Positions 1 through 9,846 of a stretch of DNA of 64,000 nucleotides are shown here, in pieces. The stretch's first letter is position 1. Each line of letters begins with the position of its first letter. The notes under the pieces were generated by a model. It did not search any database. It was not told the DNA's origin and worked only from the letters and a program-made list of their open reading frames with translations. This stretch comes from an uncultured Candidatus Saccharibacteria bacterium. GTDB lineage: Bacteria > Patescibacteriota > Minisyncoccia > Phycocordibacterales > UBA9973. The position numbers and the translations under genes are program-made. The stretch lies in contig CAZMZT010000001.1 in the NCBI GenBank assembly GCA_964571085.1, positions 18,719-82,718 on the forward strand, in the 5' to 3' direction.

Positions 1-1
1 C

Positions 2-391
2 CACCGCACCCCAGATGTATTGTTTGAATATTCAAAGAAGGCACTTGCACGCGGGATAAAAGTTATCATCGCTGGGGCAGGAGGTGCTGCGCACCTACCG
101 GGTATGACTGCATCTATGACTCCACTTCCTGTGATAGGTGTACCTGTAAAAACCAAAACCATGGATGGGCTCGATTCACTGCTGTCTATTGCTCAAATGC
201 CACCCGGTGTACCGGTCGCTACTGTCGCGGTAAATGGTGCCAAGAACGCCGGACTACTTGCAGTACAAATGCTTGGCATGACTGATAAGAAACTTCAAAA
301 GAAAGTCGCTGACTACAAAAAGAAAATGAATACAGAAGTAAAAAGTAAATCAAAGAAGTTACATAAACTTGGCTATAAAAAATATGTCTGA
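2..391 (+). CDS. purE: N5-carboxyaminoimidazole ribonucleotide mutase PurE, 5'-truncated by the window edge. It has a Lys-rich C-terminal extension.
   Basis: The reading frame is open from the window start. Motifs '[21 protein letters not shown]...PVIGVPV' match the PurE core. A K-rich tail follows. Confidence 0.8.
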   Translation, partial: HRTPDVLFEYSKKALARGIKVIIAGAGGAAHLPGMTASMTPLPVIGVPVKTKTMDGLDSLLSIAQMPPGVPVATVAVNGAKNAGLLAVQMLGMTDKKLQKKVADYKKKMNTEVKSKSKKLHKLGYKKYV

Positions 392-1424
392 TCTATACAC
401 ACAATCTGGGGTAAACATCGATGCGGGGAACGAATCAGTTCGTCGCATAAAAGATGCAGTTAAAGGCACTCACACAAGTGCAGTCCTTACTGGCATAGGA
501 TCTTTTGGGGGGCTTTATGATATAGGCGAAGTACTAAAGTCGTATCATCATCCAGTACTTGTACAGTCTATTGATGGAGTAGGCACCAAGCTCTCTGTTG
601 CTCGCATGATGAACAAGTACGACACAGTTGGTGAGGATATTGTGAACCATTGCTGTGACGATTTGCTCGCTATGGGCGCGCGCTCACTTACATTCCTAGA
701 CTATGTAGCTCATGATAAACTCGACCCAAGCGTTATGGAAGCAATGGTGAAAGGGATGGCGAAAGCATGTAGTGAAAATGGTGTGTCACTTATAGGCGGA
801 GAGACAGCCGAAATGCCAGGCGTATACGCAAGTGGTGAGCATGACATTGCAGGATGTATCACAGGAGTAGTAGAGAAAAATAAAATAATCACAGGTGAGA
901 GAATAGAGGAAGGCGATATCATACTCGGTCTTCCTTCTAGTGGGTTACACACCAATGGCTTTTCACTTGCACGTAAAATACTTTTCAGTGTCGCAGGACA
1001 TAAAGTAGATGAAGAAGTTTCAGAACTTGGTATGACAGTCGGCGAAGCTCTTATGAAAGTACATGTGAACTACTCTCGACCAGTACTTGAGATACTAGAT
1101 CAGGGTGTAGACATTAGAGGTATCGCTCATATAACAGGCGGTGGATTTATAGAGAACATTCCACGCGTGTTACCAGAGAACCTCAATGCAGAAATAGAAA
1201 AAGGTACTTGGCCAATGCTCTCAATATTCCCATACATACAGAAAGTGGGTAGTGTACCAGATGCAGAAATGTACAGAGTTTTTAATATGGGGATAGGATT
1301 AGTACTTATTGTCCCTCAAAGTGAGAAAGAAAAGATTGAGAAGATTTTAGAAAATTACCCGGACTATAAGATATTTGAAATAGGAAAGATTACTAAAGGT
1401 AATGGTAAGGTGGTATTAAAATAA
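369..1424 (+). CDS. purM: Phosphoribosylformylglycinamidine cyclo-ligase (AIR synthetase).
   Basis: The N-terminus '[17 protein letters not shown]...SFGGLYDI' and length (351 aa) are typical of PurM. An alternative start at 384 would give an 8-nt ATGTCTGA overlap with the purE stop. Confidence 0.9.
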   Translation: MAIKNMSDLYTQSGVNIDAGNESVRRIKDAVKGTHTSAVLTGIGSFGGLYDIGEVLKSYHHPVLVQSIDGVGTKLSVARMMNKYDTVGEDIVNHCCDDLLAMGARSLTFLDYVAHDKLDPSVMEAMVKGMAKACSENGVSLIGGETAEMPGVYASGEHDIAGCITGVVEKNKIITGERIEEGDIILGLPSSGLHTNGFSLARKILFSVAGHKVDEEVSELGMTVGEALMKVHVNYSRPVLEILDQGVDIRGIAHITGGGFIENIPRVLPENLNAEIEKGTWPMLSIFPYIQKVGSVPDAEMYRVFNMGIGLVLIVPQSEKEKIEKILENYPDYKIFEIGKITKGNGKVVLK

Positions 1425-1425
1425 T

Positions 1426-2382
1426 ATGAACATAGAAACCATCAAACAGCACATCGGCGATGTGATTAAGGAAACAAACTTCCAAGGGATTGGCGAGAAG
1501 AAGGTAGGCAAGGTTCGCGATATCTATATTGGAGATGAAACCATTACATTGGTTGCCACAGATCGGCATTCGTCTTTTGACCGTATCATTGCCCATGTGC
1601 CGTTTAAGGGGGAAGTCCTCAACCAGATCAGCGCCTTTTGGTTTGAGAATACCAAGGACATAATCGACAATCATGTGGTAAGCATTCCAGACCCCAATGT
1701 CCTCATCGCCCGCAAGTGTACACCGCTACCTATCGAGGCAGTAATGCGTGGGTACATAACCGGAGTGACAGGCACATCACTATGGACTCATTACGCTGAT
1801 GGGAAGCGTGACTTTGGCAACTTTATTTTACCGGAAGGACTCAAGAAGAATCAAAAGCTACCTGAATCACTATTTACTCCTACCACCAAGTCAGACGAAC
1901 ACGACAGACCCATAACTCCAAGCGAAATTGTGGACGAAGGTTTACTATCACAAGAGATGATAGATGAAGCGGAGCGTGTTGCGAAAGCACTTTTTGCTCG
2001 AGGACAGGAAATAGCTCTTTCGCACGGACTGATACTTGTAGATACAAAATATGAGTTTGGGTTAGATACTGATGGGAAGCTGACGCTGATAGACGAGATC
2101 CATACACCGGACTCCTCTCGATACTGGAAAGCAGATAGCTACCAGGCACGTTTTGATAAAGGCGAAGAGCCAGAGTACTTCGACAAAGAATTCCTACGCT
2201 TGTGGTTCAAAGATAACTGTGACCCATATAAAGATGAGGTCTTGCCAGAAGCGCCACCAGATCTCGTCGCCGAACTTTCACGCAGATATATAGAAATATA
2301 CGAGAGTATTACAGGTAAACCTTTTAATCACGATTTCTCACAGCCTATACTTGAGAGAATAAATAATAACTTATTAAAATGA
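1426..2382 (+). CDS. purC: SAICAR synthetase, long (~318 aa) form.
   Basis: The SAICAR synthetase N-terminal region 'GKVRDIY' is present, and the gene sits between purM and purB. Confidence 0.85.
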   Translation: MNIETIKQHIGDVIKETNFQGIGEKKVGKVRDIYIGDETITLVATDRHSSFDRIIAHVPFKGEVLNQISAFWFENTKDIIDNHVVSIPDPNVLIARKCTPLPIEAVMRGYITGVTGTSLWTHYADGKRDFGNFILPEGLKKNQKLPESLFTPTTKSDEHDRPITPSEIVDEGLLSQEMIDEAERVAKALFARGQEIALSHGLILVDTKYEFGLDTDGKLTLIDEIHTPDSSRYWKADSYQARFDKGEEPEYFDKEFLRLWFKDNCDPYKDEVLPEAPPDLVAELSRRYIEIYESITGKPFNHDFSQPILERINNNLLK

Positions 2383-3746
2383 ACACACACGCTATAAATC
2401 CACTAGACGGACGATACTATGACAAGACTCGCGCACTTGCGCCGTACTTTTCGGAATTTGCTTTGATGAAGTATAGAACGCTTGTTGAGTGTGAATTTTT
2501 TATATCACTATCACAAGTTAAAGGTATAGGGTTGCGCAAACTTTCAAGTGGAGAAATAAATAAAATCCGTGCCCTATATCAGGATTTTAGTGAAGTGTCA
2601 TACAAGAAGATAAAGAATTATGAGAGTACAACAAACCATGATGTAAAGTCAGTTGAGTACTTTATAAAAGACAGCCTCAAGAACACAAGTTTAAAGAATG
2701 CTTTTGAATGGGTACACTTCGGACTAACATCTGAGGATACCAACAACTGTGCCTATGCACTTATGCTTGCTTCAGGCACAAAGCATGTAGTACTTCCCGA
2801 ACTTTCAAGCATCCAAAAAACTTTGAAATCATATGCCAAGTCTTACGCTCGAGTTCCTATGCTTGCACGTACTCACGGGCAGAGTGCCTCACCTACGACT
2901 CTGGGTAAAGAGTTTGCAGTTTTCTCTGATAGACTTAGACGACAGATATTTTTCCTTAATAAATTTAAAATAATGGCCAAGCTAAATGGTGCCACTGGGA
3001 ACTACAATGCATTTGTATCAGCGTATCCTAAAGTTAACTGGCCACTGTTTACGAAGAAGTTTATAGAACACCTAGGTAAAGTCGAAGGAGTGTCACTTTG
3101 TCCGAACTTGATTACGACTCAGATAGAGCCACACGACACATATGTAGAGCTTTTTGATTTTGTCCGTCGGATCAACACTATACTTCTCGACCTGAACCAA
3201 GACATGTGGAGATACATAAGTGATGGTTATCTTGTCCAGAAGCCAAAGAAAGGGGAAGTCGGCTCATCAACTATGCCTCACAAGGTTAACCCGATAGACT
3301 TTGAGAACAGCGAGGGTAACCTAGGCCTCGCCAATGCACTGTTCGAGTTCTTTGCTCGTAAACTGCCTATATCGAGGCTTCAGCGGGACCTGTCGGACTC
3401 TACTGTCGAGCGTTCATTTGGTACAGCTTTTGGGCACTCTTTGCTTGCCTACATATCACTACAGAAGGGTCTAAGTAAGGTAAGTGTGAACTATGTTAAG
3501 ATAAAGGAGGATTTGCTAGCCCACCCTGAAGTCATAGCCGAGGGCATACAGACGGTCCTACGTCGCGAGGGCTACCCGATACCATATGAAGCACTTAAGG
3601 AATTGACTCGTGGTAAAAAAGTAACAATGGAGGACTTTGCAGTATTTATAGAAAACTTGAAAGTATCTGCTAAGGTAAAGGCAGAACTTAAGGAGATTAC
3701 CCCAGAGTCATATATAGGAATCGCTTCCAAATTAGCAGTAATGTAA
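2379..3746 (+). CDS. purB: Adenylosuccinate lyase.
   Basis: The N-terminus 'NPLDGRYYDKTRALAPYFSEFALMKYR' is fumarate-lyase family. The start overlaps the purC stop as ATGA. Confidence 0.9.
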   Translation: MNTHAINPLDGRYYDKTRALAPYFSEFALMKYRTLVECEFFISLSQVKGIGLRKLSSGEINKIRALYQDFSEVSYKKIKNYESTTNHDVKSVEYFIKDSLKNTSLKNAFEWVHFGLTSEDTNNCAYALMLASGTKHVVLPELSSIQKTLKSYAKSYARVPMLARTHGQSASPTTLGKEFAVFSDRLRRQIFFLNKFKIMAKLNGATGNYNAFVSAYPKVNWPLFTKKFIEHLGKVEGVSLCPNLITTQIEPHDTYVELFDFVRRINTILLDLNQDMWRYISDGYLVQKPKKGEVGSSTMPHKVNPIDFENSEGNLGLANALFEFFARKLPISRLQRDLSDSTVERSFGTAFGHSLLAYISLQKGLSKVSVNYVKIKEDLLAHPEVIAEGIQTVLRREGYPIPYEALKELTRGKKVTMEDFAVFIENLKVSAKVKAELKEITPESYIGIASKLAVM

Positions 3747-3750
3747 AACT

Positions 3751-4998
3751 ATGAATAAAGAAAAGAAAAAAATCTTAATACTAGGAGGAGGGTTCGGCGG
3801 ATTATATACATATAAAGGTCTCTATCAATACTTCAAGCATGACGAAGTAGACGTGACCATTGTTAATCGTAACAACTACTTCCTTTTTACACCACTTCTG
3901 CACGAAGTCGCAACTGGTAGCATCGCTCATCACCAAGTTGTTGAATCCATACGCCAGATAATATATAAAACCAATGACAAGCTTCATGTTGCTGATGTTA
4001 TCTCTGTTGATTGTGAAAAGCAGTTAGTAAAAACTAGTATTGATGAACTTCCATATGATGTGCTTGTCCTCGCGCTTGGAGCTACAACAAACTTTTTTAG
4101 CGCTCCTGGCGCAGAAGAAAACTGTCTCGTGCTCAAGGATTTGCATGACGCTATAAGGCTCCGCAACTCTATTATAGAGTCATTTGAAAAAGCATCTGAA
4201 ATGAAAACTGAAGAAGAACGTAAAAAAGAACTTTCATTTGCAATAGTAGGTGGGGGAGCAACAGGAGTAGAACTTGTAACTGAGATAGCTGAGTTTGTAA
4301 ATGACACATTTATCAAGTACTACCATGGGCTTATCAAATGCTCTGACATATCTATATCTTTGATAAATAGCGGTGGAGAGATATTGATGCCATTCCACCC
4401 ATCACTACGACAGAGTGCCCTTGAGGTTCTAAAAAAGAAAAAGATCAAAGTCATGCTCAATATGGTAGTTAAAGAAGTAAAGAAAGGCTCTGTCATTTTT
4501 AATGACGATTCTAATATGGAGGTTAATCATATAATCTGGACTGCAGGAGTCAAACCCAATGTACCTGTATTTACACACCCTGTACCCACAGATAAAGGTG
4601 GACGGATAATAGTGAATGAATCACTCCAGATACCAGAGTGCCCGAATGTTTTTGTCATTGGTGATATGGCAAGCTTTGCTGACAAAGATGGTAAGCCTCT
4701 GCCTATGCTTGCACAAGTTGCAGTTAGACAAGGATTTCATATAGGAGGGAATATCAAGAGGTTGTTTGCTGGCAAGAAACCCCTACCATTTTCATTTAAA
4801 TCACAGGGCTCACTAGTATCACTTGGACAGTGGCATGCAATTGCAAACATAAAAGGAATTAAATTCTCTGGACCTGTTGCTTGGTTCTTATGGCGAACTA
4901 TATATCTATTCAAATTCCTTTCTGGGTCAAAAAGAGTGAAGATTGTTGTCGACTGGACTATGAACATATTCTACCCTCGTGACATAACGAAAGCATAA
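3751..4998 (+). CDS. ndh: Type II NADH:quinone oxidoreductase (NDH-2).
   Basis: Two dinucleotide-binding motifs are present, 'ILILGGGFGGLY' and 'FAIVGGGATGVELVTE'. Length is 415 aa. Confidence 0.8.
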   Translation: MNKEKKKILILGGGFGGLYTYKGLYQYFKHDEVDVTIVNRNNYFLFTPLLHEVATGSIAHHQVVESIRQIIYKTNDKLHVADVISVDCEKQLVKTSIDELPYDVLVLALGATTNFFSAPGAEENCLVLKDLHDAIRLRNSIIESFEKASEMKTEEERKKELSFAIVGGGATGVELVTEIAEFVNDTFIKYYHGLIKCSDISISLINSGGEILMPFHPSLRQSALEVLKKKKIKVMLNMVVKEVKKGSVIFNDDSNMEVNHIIWTAGVKPNVPVFTHPVPTDKGGRIIVNESLQIPECPNVFVIGDMASFADKDGKPLPMLAQVAVRQGFHIGGNIKRLFAGKKPLPFSFKSQGSLVSLGQWHAIANIKGIKFSGPVAWFLWRTIYLFKFLSGSKRVKIVVDWTMNIFYPRDITKA

Positions 4999-4999
4999 T

Positions 5000-5683
5000 A
5001 TGAATCAAGGAAGTTCTTGGGAGAGAGAATACAGGAACCCAAAGCTCGTCACCAAGAATGACGGACCAAATGCTGACACTCTCAGGTTTCTAAAATCTCT
5101 AAAAAAGGACCAGAAATATATAGTTCGAGATCGAACCATCCTCGACCTGGGCTGTGGTACTGGACGCAATGCGAACTACCTGGCAGAGAAGGGTAACAAT
5201 GTTGTAGGTATTGAGATCGCTAAAACTGCACTTAGTATCGCACAGTCACGAGCAAATAATATGGGAGTAAAAGTCGACTATAGACTAGGTGACATCGGCA
5301 TGCCTTATGATATAGGAGATGAATCAATTGACGTGGTTCTTGATGTGACCTCTTCAAACTCTCTTGATGAGAAAGGTAGAGAATTATATTTGAAAGAAGT
5401 TAGTAGAGTAATGAAACCAGGTGGCTATATGTTTGTACGGGCACTGTGCAAAGATGGCAACAAGAATGTGAAGAACCTGCTGAAAGACAGCCCAGGCAAA
5501 GAGTACGATACATATGTACTAAAAGATATTGGCCTTACTGAGAGAGTGTTTTCGAGGGAGGATTTTATTAAAACGTATGAGCAGTACTTCAAGATACTCT
5601 CTCTAACCAAGAAGACAAGTTACTCCACCTTTAATGACCGCATTTACAAGCGTGACTACTGGCTCGCATATCTACAAAAGTAA
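5000..5683 (+). CDS. Class I SAM-dependent methyltransferase.
   Basis: Motif I 'ILDLGCGTGRNANYLAEKGNNVVGIE' is present. Confidence 0.6.
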   Translation: MNQGSSWEREYRNPKLVTKNDGPNADTLRFLKSLKKDQKYIVRDRTILDLGCGTGRNANYLAEKGNNVVGIEIAKTALSIAQSRANNMGVKVDYRLGDIGMPYDIGDESIDVVLDVTSSNSLDEKGRELYLKEVSRVMKPGGYMFVRALCKDGNKNVKNLLKDSPGKEYDTYVLKDIGLTERVFSREDFIKTYEQYFKILSLTKKTSYSTFNDRIYKRDYWLAYLQK

Positions 5684-5689
5684 CAGTCG

Positions 5690-5698
5690 TGGTATAAT
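5690..5698 (+). promoter_or_regulatory. Extended -10 promoter element TGGTATAAT upstream of the membrane-protein gene.
   Basis: An exact TGnTATAAT lies in the 93-bp intergenic gap. Confidence 0.5.
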
Positions 5699-5833
5699 AT
5701 TAATATTATAAATTTATGTATGTAACCGGAGTGAATTCTTTTATGAAAAAATGTCTGGCCTACCTGGAGCCTGCGTATGGACATGAGATCCAAGGACTTT
5801 TTTCAGAATAGAATTCATGTAGGTTCAAAATTT

Positions 5834-6259
5834 ATGGAAATAAACTATTTAGCAGTTCTAGTATGTGGAGTTATGGCTATGGTTGTGGGTATGGCTTGGT
5901 ATGGTCCAATGCTTTTCGGCAAGACGTGGATGAAGGTTATGTGTGTCGATATGAATACTATGACACCAGAGAAGATTAAGGAAGCTCAGAAGAAGATGGC
6001 CCCTGTGTACGCCCTTAACTTTCTAACGGTGCTTTTGACTATGTGGGTGCTTGCAGGCTATGTAGAGGGGTGGAATACAGTTTCAGGAGCTACCAATGCT
6101 TTGTGGGTATGGCTTGGCTTTGTTATGCCTACAGTGGCTGGCCAAGCAATGTGGAGTGGAAAGTCTAAAGAACTTTCATGGAAGATGTTTTTCATTAGTT
6201 CAGGATACCAGCTTGTAACACTTGTTATCGCTGGATGGATACTAGGTATGTGGAAATAA
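5834..6259 (+). CDS. Small polytopic membrane protein, DUF1761-like.
   Basis: The hydrophobic N-terminus 'MEINYLAVLVCGVMAMVVGMAWYGPMLFGKTW' is present. The track ORF begins at 5777, but an internal Met at 5834 gives a typical N-terminus. Confidence 0.5.
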   Translation: MEINYLAVLVCGVMAMVVGMAWYGPMLFGKTWMKVMCVDMNTMTPEKIKEAQKKMAPVYALNFLTVLLTMWVLAGYVEGWNTVSGATNALWVWLGFVMPTVAGQAMWSGKSKELSWKMFFISSGYQLVTLVIAGWILGMWK

Positions 6260-6949
6260 ATGGCACAGGTAAAGACTAAAGACGAAATAAATAAAATCAA
6301 AAAGGCATGCCGGGTAACGGATGCCATTTTTGGTAAAATCTTGAAACTTGATTTACAGAATACAACCGAAATTGAACTTCGAGATTTTATTCTGGTGGAA
6401 ATTAAAAAGAGGGGGCTTCGACCAAGTTTCAAGCCGATAGTGGCTTCAGGTAAACATACTGGTAATGAGATACATCCATTTGAGCCACTTGATAAAAAGC
6501 TCAAAGGCTTTGTCATCATCGACTTCGGGGTAGTGTACGAGAAATATATGTCGGACATGACGCGGACTATTTATGTGGGAACTCCAACAAAATATGAAAA
6601 GGATTTATATAATAAACTGCTCTCGTCACAAGTAGGTGCAATCAAGATTTCAAAGCCAGGCGAGAAGTGTGCAAGTATAGACGCTTATGTCCGGAAATAT
6701 TTAGGTAAAGACACAAGGTACTTCATCCATACACTTGGCCATGGAGTAGGGACTAAGATTCATGAACTCCCAAGGCTTTACTACAAAACAACCAAGCCTG
6801 TATTAAAAGAAAACATGGTCATCACTATTGAACCAGGGCTATATATCAAGAACAAGCTTGGTATGAGGATAGAGGATACTTGCCTGATAATCAAGAAGGG
6901 GTGCATACCGCTAACTAAATCACCCAAGGGTTTGATTGTGGTAAAATAG
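6260..6949 (+). CDS. M24-family metallopeptidase, catalytic pita-bread domain only (prolidase/aminopeptidase-like).
   Basis: Metal-ligand motifs 'IIDFG', 'HTLGHGVGTKIHE', 'TIEPG' and 'RIED' are present. At 229 aa it lacks the usual N-terminal domain. Confidence 0.65.
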   Translation: MAQVKTKDEINKIKKACRVTDAIFGKILKLDLQNTTEIELRDFILVEIKKRGLRPSFKPIVASGKHTGNEIHPFEPLDKKLKGFVIIDFGVVYEKYMSDMTRTIYVGTPTKYEKDLYNKLLSSQVGAIKISKPGEKCASIDAYVRKYLGKDTRYFIHTLGHGVGTKIHELPRLYYKTTKPVLKENMVITIEPGLYIKNKLGMRIEDTCLIIKKGCIPLTKSPKGLIVVK

Positions 6950-6954
6950 CCCAT

Positions 6955-7743
6955 ATGGCTAACATTGGTGTTTTTGACTCAGGGCTGGGGGGCTTATGGA
7001 TACTCAAGTATCTGGAGCAGGAGCTACCTGGCTACAACTATATATACTATGCTGACCAGGCGCATTTGCCATACGGCAGTAAGACCCCAGATGAGATTAC
7101 AGAGTTCTCATCGGGTATTGTGGACTTCTTGATCGAGAAAGATTGCAAGCTTATCGTGATCGCTTGCAACACTGCTACCTCCGCATCAATAGCAAAGCTA
7201 CGAGAAAAATACTTGGTGCCTTTTGTCGGCATGGAGCCGGCAGTAAAGCCTGCATCAGAGCTCTCAAAGACTGGGCACATAGGAGTGCTAGCGACGAAAG
7301 TCACAGCCGAAGGGCAGAAACTCCACGACAACATAGAGAAGTTTGCGACTGATGTAGAAGTGCATACAGTAATCGGCACAGGGCTCGTAGAACTTGTGGA
7401 AGAAGGGAAGGCAGATACAGATGAAGCAGAGGAACTATTGCGGACATACCTTGAGCCACTTTTAAATAAAAATATTGACCAGCTAGTGCTAGGATGTACG
7501 CACTATGCATTCCTCATAAACCGTATTAAAAAAATAGTAGGGGATAAAGTAAACATCATCGACCCAGCACCTGCAGTAGTCAAAAGAGTAAAGCAATTAC
7601 TAGAAGAAAATAATATTGCTTCTGATGTAGCAAGGACTGTCCTTGCTACAAATAAAAAAGAACCTGAGATTTTCACCTCAGGCCCCTACATTGATAAAAT
7701 TAAAGAATTTTTTACGAATCTACAACCTCCAATTCATCTATAA
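6955..7743 (+). CDS. murI: Glutamate racemase.
   Basis: 'IGVFDSGLGGL' near the N-terminus and 'VLGCTHY' are present. Confidence 0.85.
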   Translation: MANIGVFDSGLGGLWILKYLEQELPGYNYIYYADQAHLPYGSKTPDEITEFSSGIVDFLIEKDCKLIVIACNTATSASIAKLREKYLVPFVGMEPAVKPASELSKTGHIGVLATKVTAEGQKLHDNIEKFATDVEVHTVIGTGLVELVEEGKADTDEAEELLRTYLEPLLNKNIDQLVLGCTHYAFLINRIKKIVGDKVNIIDPAPAVVKRVKQLLEENNIASDVARTVLATNKKEPEIFTSGPYIDKIKEFFTNLQPPIHL

Positions 7744-7969
7744 ATTTAATCGCATTTTCATCCTTCATTCTCGGTATCCCTTCATCGTAAACAAATGTAA
7801 TTTCTACTTCCTCTCCATTAGGGGAGAGGAATATTCTTGCTGGCTCAGAATCTTTCGCAACCATTTCAAATGGAGTAATTTGAGGATCAGTTAAGAATTC
7901 CCATTTCTTGTTGTTTTTATCTGATACAACGAAACCCTTAGGAGCTTCATAAAATTCCTGTTTGGTCAT
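7712..7969 (-). CDS. Hypothetical small protein of 85 aa.
   Basis: It lies 68 bp downstream of the minus-strand ABC exporter gene. Its 3' end overlaps the murI 3' end by 32 nt. No recognisable motif was found. Confidence 0.35.
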   Translation of the reverse strand: MTKQEFYEAPKGFVVSDKNNKKWEFLTDPQITPFEMVAKDSEPARIFLSPNGEEVEITFVYDEGIPRMKDENAIKFIDELEVVDS

Positions 7970-8037
7970 ATGTCAAATTTTAAAGTTAGAAGATATTACT
8001 AAAACATTACCATTTATGTATGGTAAGTCAATGGGGT

Positions 8038-9780
8038 TTATTTCTCTCCGATTTGCTGTCTCCACATGGCGGCGTAGAGGCCTTTTTGGTCTATGAGTTC
8101 TTGGTGTGAACCACTCTCAATAATGGAACCCTTCTCGAGTACATTGATCCGATCAGCGTGCATGATAGTCGAGAGCCTGTGGGCGATGAGGATGGTGATA
8201 TGCTCACGAGCAGATCCGATAGATTGGATAGTTTTGGATATTTCAACTTCTGTAAGAGTATCGAGGGCACTTGTTGCTTCATCAAATATCAGAAGCTTGG
8301 GTGCACGGAGAAGTGCACGGGCTATCGAGAGGCGTTGTTTCTCACCACCAGAGACTTTGACACCACCTTCACCGATGACTGTGTCGAGCCCTTTGCCCCC
8401 ACGCTCGAGCAGGTTCTGACACTGCGCTTTGTTTAGTGCATCGAGGCACTGCGTATCTGTGGCAGATGGGTTTACGAAGAGCAAGTTCTCGCGGATAGTT
8501 CCTGAGAAGAGCTGAGTGTCTTGAGTGACGAATCCTATCTGCGCACGAAGTTCTTCTTTATCTATTTTGTCATACGCAACACCATTGTAGGTTATGGCTC
8601 CAGATGTCGGAGTGTATAATCCAACTAGGAGCTTCATGAGTGAAGTTTTTCCCGATCCTGATGGTCCGACAAAAGCAATCGTCTCACCTTGAGTTGCTTT
8701 GTAGGAGATGTTGGAAAGTGCAGGCGTTTCCATAGCTGAGCGATATGAGAAAGATACGTCTTTAAATTCTAAATCTTTTACTTCGCCGATCCCTACAGGG
8801 TTGGAAGCTTTTGGTTCAGGTTTAGTTTTCATAAGGGTAGAGTAGTTTGCGATTGAAGCCTCGGCTTGTCGGTATGTGCCTATGTAGGCAGCGATTTGGC
8901 TAACAGGGAAGAACAGCCAGAAGGAATAAATGTTGAGCGAAAGGTATTGCCCAAAAGTAATACGCTCTGTAAAGATAAGGTAGAAAAGGAAGAAATAAAG
9001 TCCTGCGCGAACAGCGTTGGTGACAGTGCCTTGGATGAAGTCGAGTGTGCGTAGGTATCGGAGCTTCTTTAGTTCAAGCAAAAGGATTTTCTCTGTAGTA
9101 GCATTCAATCGCTCGACTTCTTGCGATGTGAGCCCAAGAGATTTAACGAGCTCGATGTTGCGGAGGGACTCTGTTGTCGCTCCGGCAAGTGCAGTTGTTT
9201 CGGCGACGATTATCTTCTGGATGTTTTTTATCTTTTTTGAGAATGCGAGGCTAATACCTGCAACAATGAGCACCATGCCGCCAAATATTACAGGTACAAC
9301 CCAGTATATAGTCGCAGCATATACCATGACGAAAATGAATATTATTGATGATATGAGTACTACGTTGATGGTGTCACTTATCAGCTTCTCTGCATCTTGG
9401 CGGGCTTTCTGTAGCTTACCAAGTGTCTCACCACTGCGCTCATCTTCAAAGACTTCATATGGCAGGTCGAGGGAATGGCGGACACCTTCGCGATACATAT
9501 CTGCGCCAGAGCGTTGGCTCACAGTGTTTAGATAGTAGTCTTGGAAATTCTTGGCAATGCGAGAGATAAGTGCTGTACCAACAAAGGCACCAAGTAGGGT
9601 AAGAGTGCCCTTAAAGAATTCTGCGCGGGTTAGTTCATCGAACCGCAAGGCATAGTCGTCGATGATACGCTGGAAGATCATCGGCTCAAGGAGAGCGAAA
9701 ACTTGGTTGATAACAGCTAGCACTATAACTAAGATACAAAGCCTCCAATATTTACGAAGGTAATCAAAAAGTATTTTCAT
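8038..9780 (-). CDS. ABC exporter with fused transmembrane and ATPase domains, MsbA/multidrug-type.
   Basis: Six N-terminal hydrophobic segments are present. Walker A 'GPSGSGKTS', signature 'LSGGEKQRLSIARAL' and Walker B 'LLIFDEATSALD' are present. Confidence 0.85.
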   Translation of the reverse strand: MKILFDYLRKYWRLCILVIVLAVINQVFALLEPMIFQRIIDDYALRFDELTRAEFFKGTLTLLGAFVGTALISRIAKNFQDYYLNTVSQRSGADMYREGVRHSLDLPYEVFEDERSGETLGKLQKARQDAEKLISDTINVVLISSIIFIFVMVYAATIYWVVPVIFGGMVLIVAGISLAFSKKIKNIQKIIVAETTALAGATTESLRNIELVKSLGLTSQEVERLNATTEKILLLELKKLRYLRTLDFIQGTVTNAVRAGLYFFLFYLIFTERITFGQYLSLNIYSFWLFFPVSQIAAYIGTYRQAEASIANYSTLMKTKPEPKASNPVGIGEVKDLEFKDVSFSYRSAMETPALSNISYKATQGETIAFVGPSGSGKTSLMKLLVGLYTPTSGAITYNGVAYDKIDKEELRAQIGFVTQDTQLFSGTIRENLLFVNPSATDTQCLDALNKAQCQNLLERGGKGLDTVIGEGGVKVSGGEKQRLSIARALLRAPKLLIFDEATSALDTLTEVEISKTIQSIGSAREHITILIAHRLSTIMHADRINVLEKGSIIESGSHQELIDQKGLYAAMWRQQIGEK

Positions 9781-9832
9781 TGGTTGATTATACAGGATTT
9801 GAGGGATTTTTTCATTTTACTCACTACTCTAG

Positions 9833-9838
9833 TATAAT
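9833..9838 (+). promoter_or_regulatory. -10 box TATAAT nine nt before the helicase start codon, suggesting a leaderless or near-leaderless mRNA.
   Basis: 'tctagTATAATaggcttatATG' with the ATG at 9847. Confidence 0.45.
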
Positions 9839-9846
9839 AGGCTTAT

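Noticed and set aside
5744-5812. 22-codon ORF (MKKCLAYLEPAYGHEIQGLFSE) in the leader of the membrane-protein gene.
   Set aside because: It is too short, overlaps the likely 5' UTR and the alternative start region, and has no support beyond an ATG.
8093-9535. Plus-strand ORFs (8093..8419, 8158..8436, 8866..9054, 9017..9535) overlapping the ABC exporter gene.
   Set aside because: They lie antisense within a well-supported conserved ABC transporter CDS. Their translations are low-complexity.
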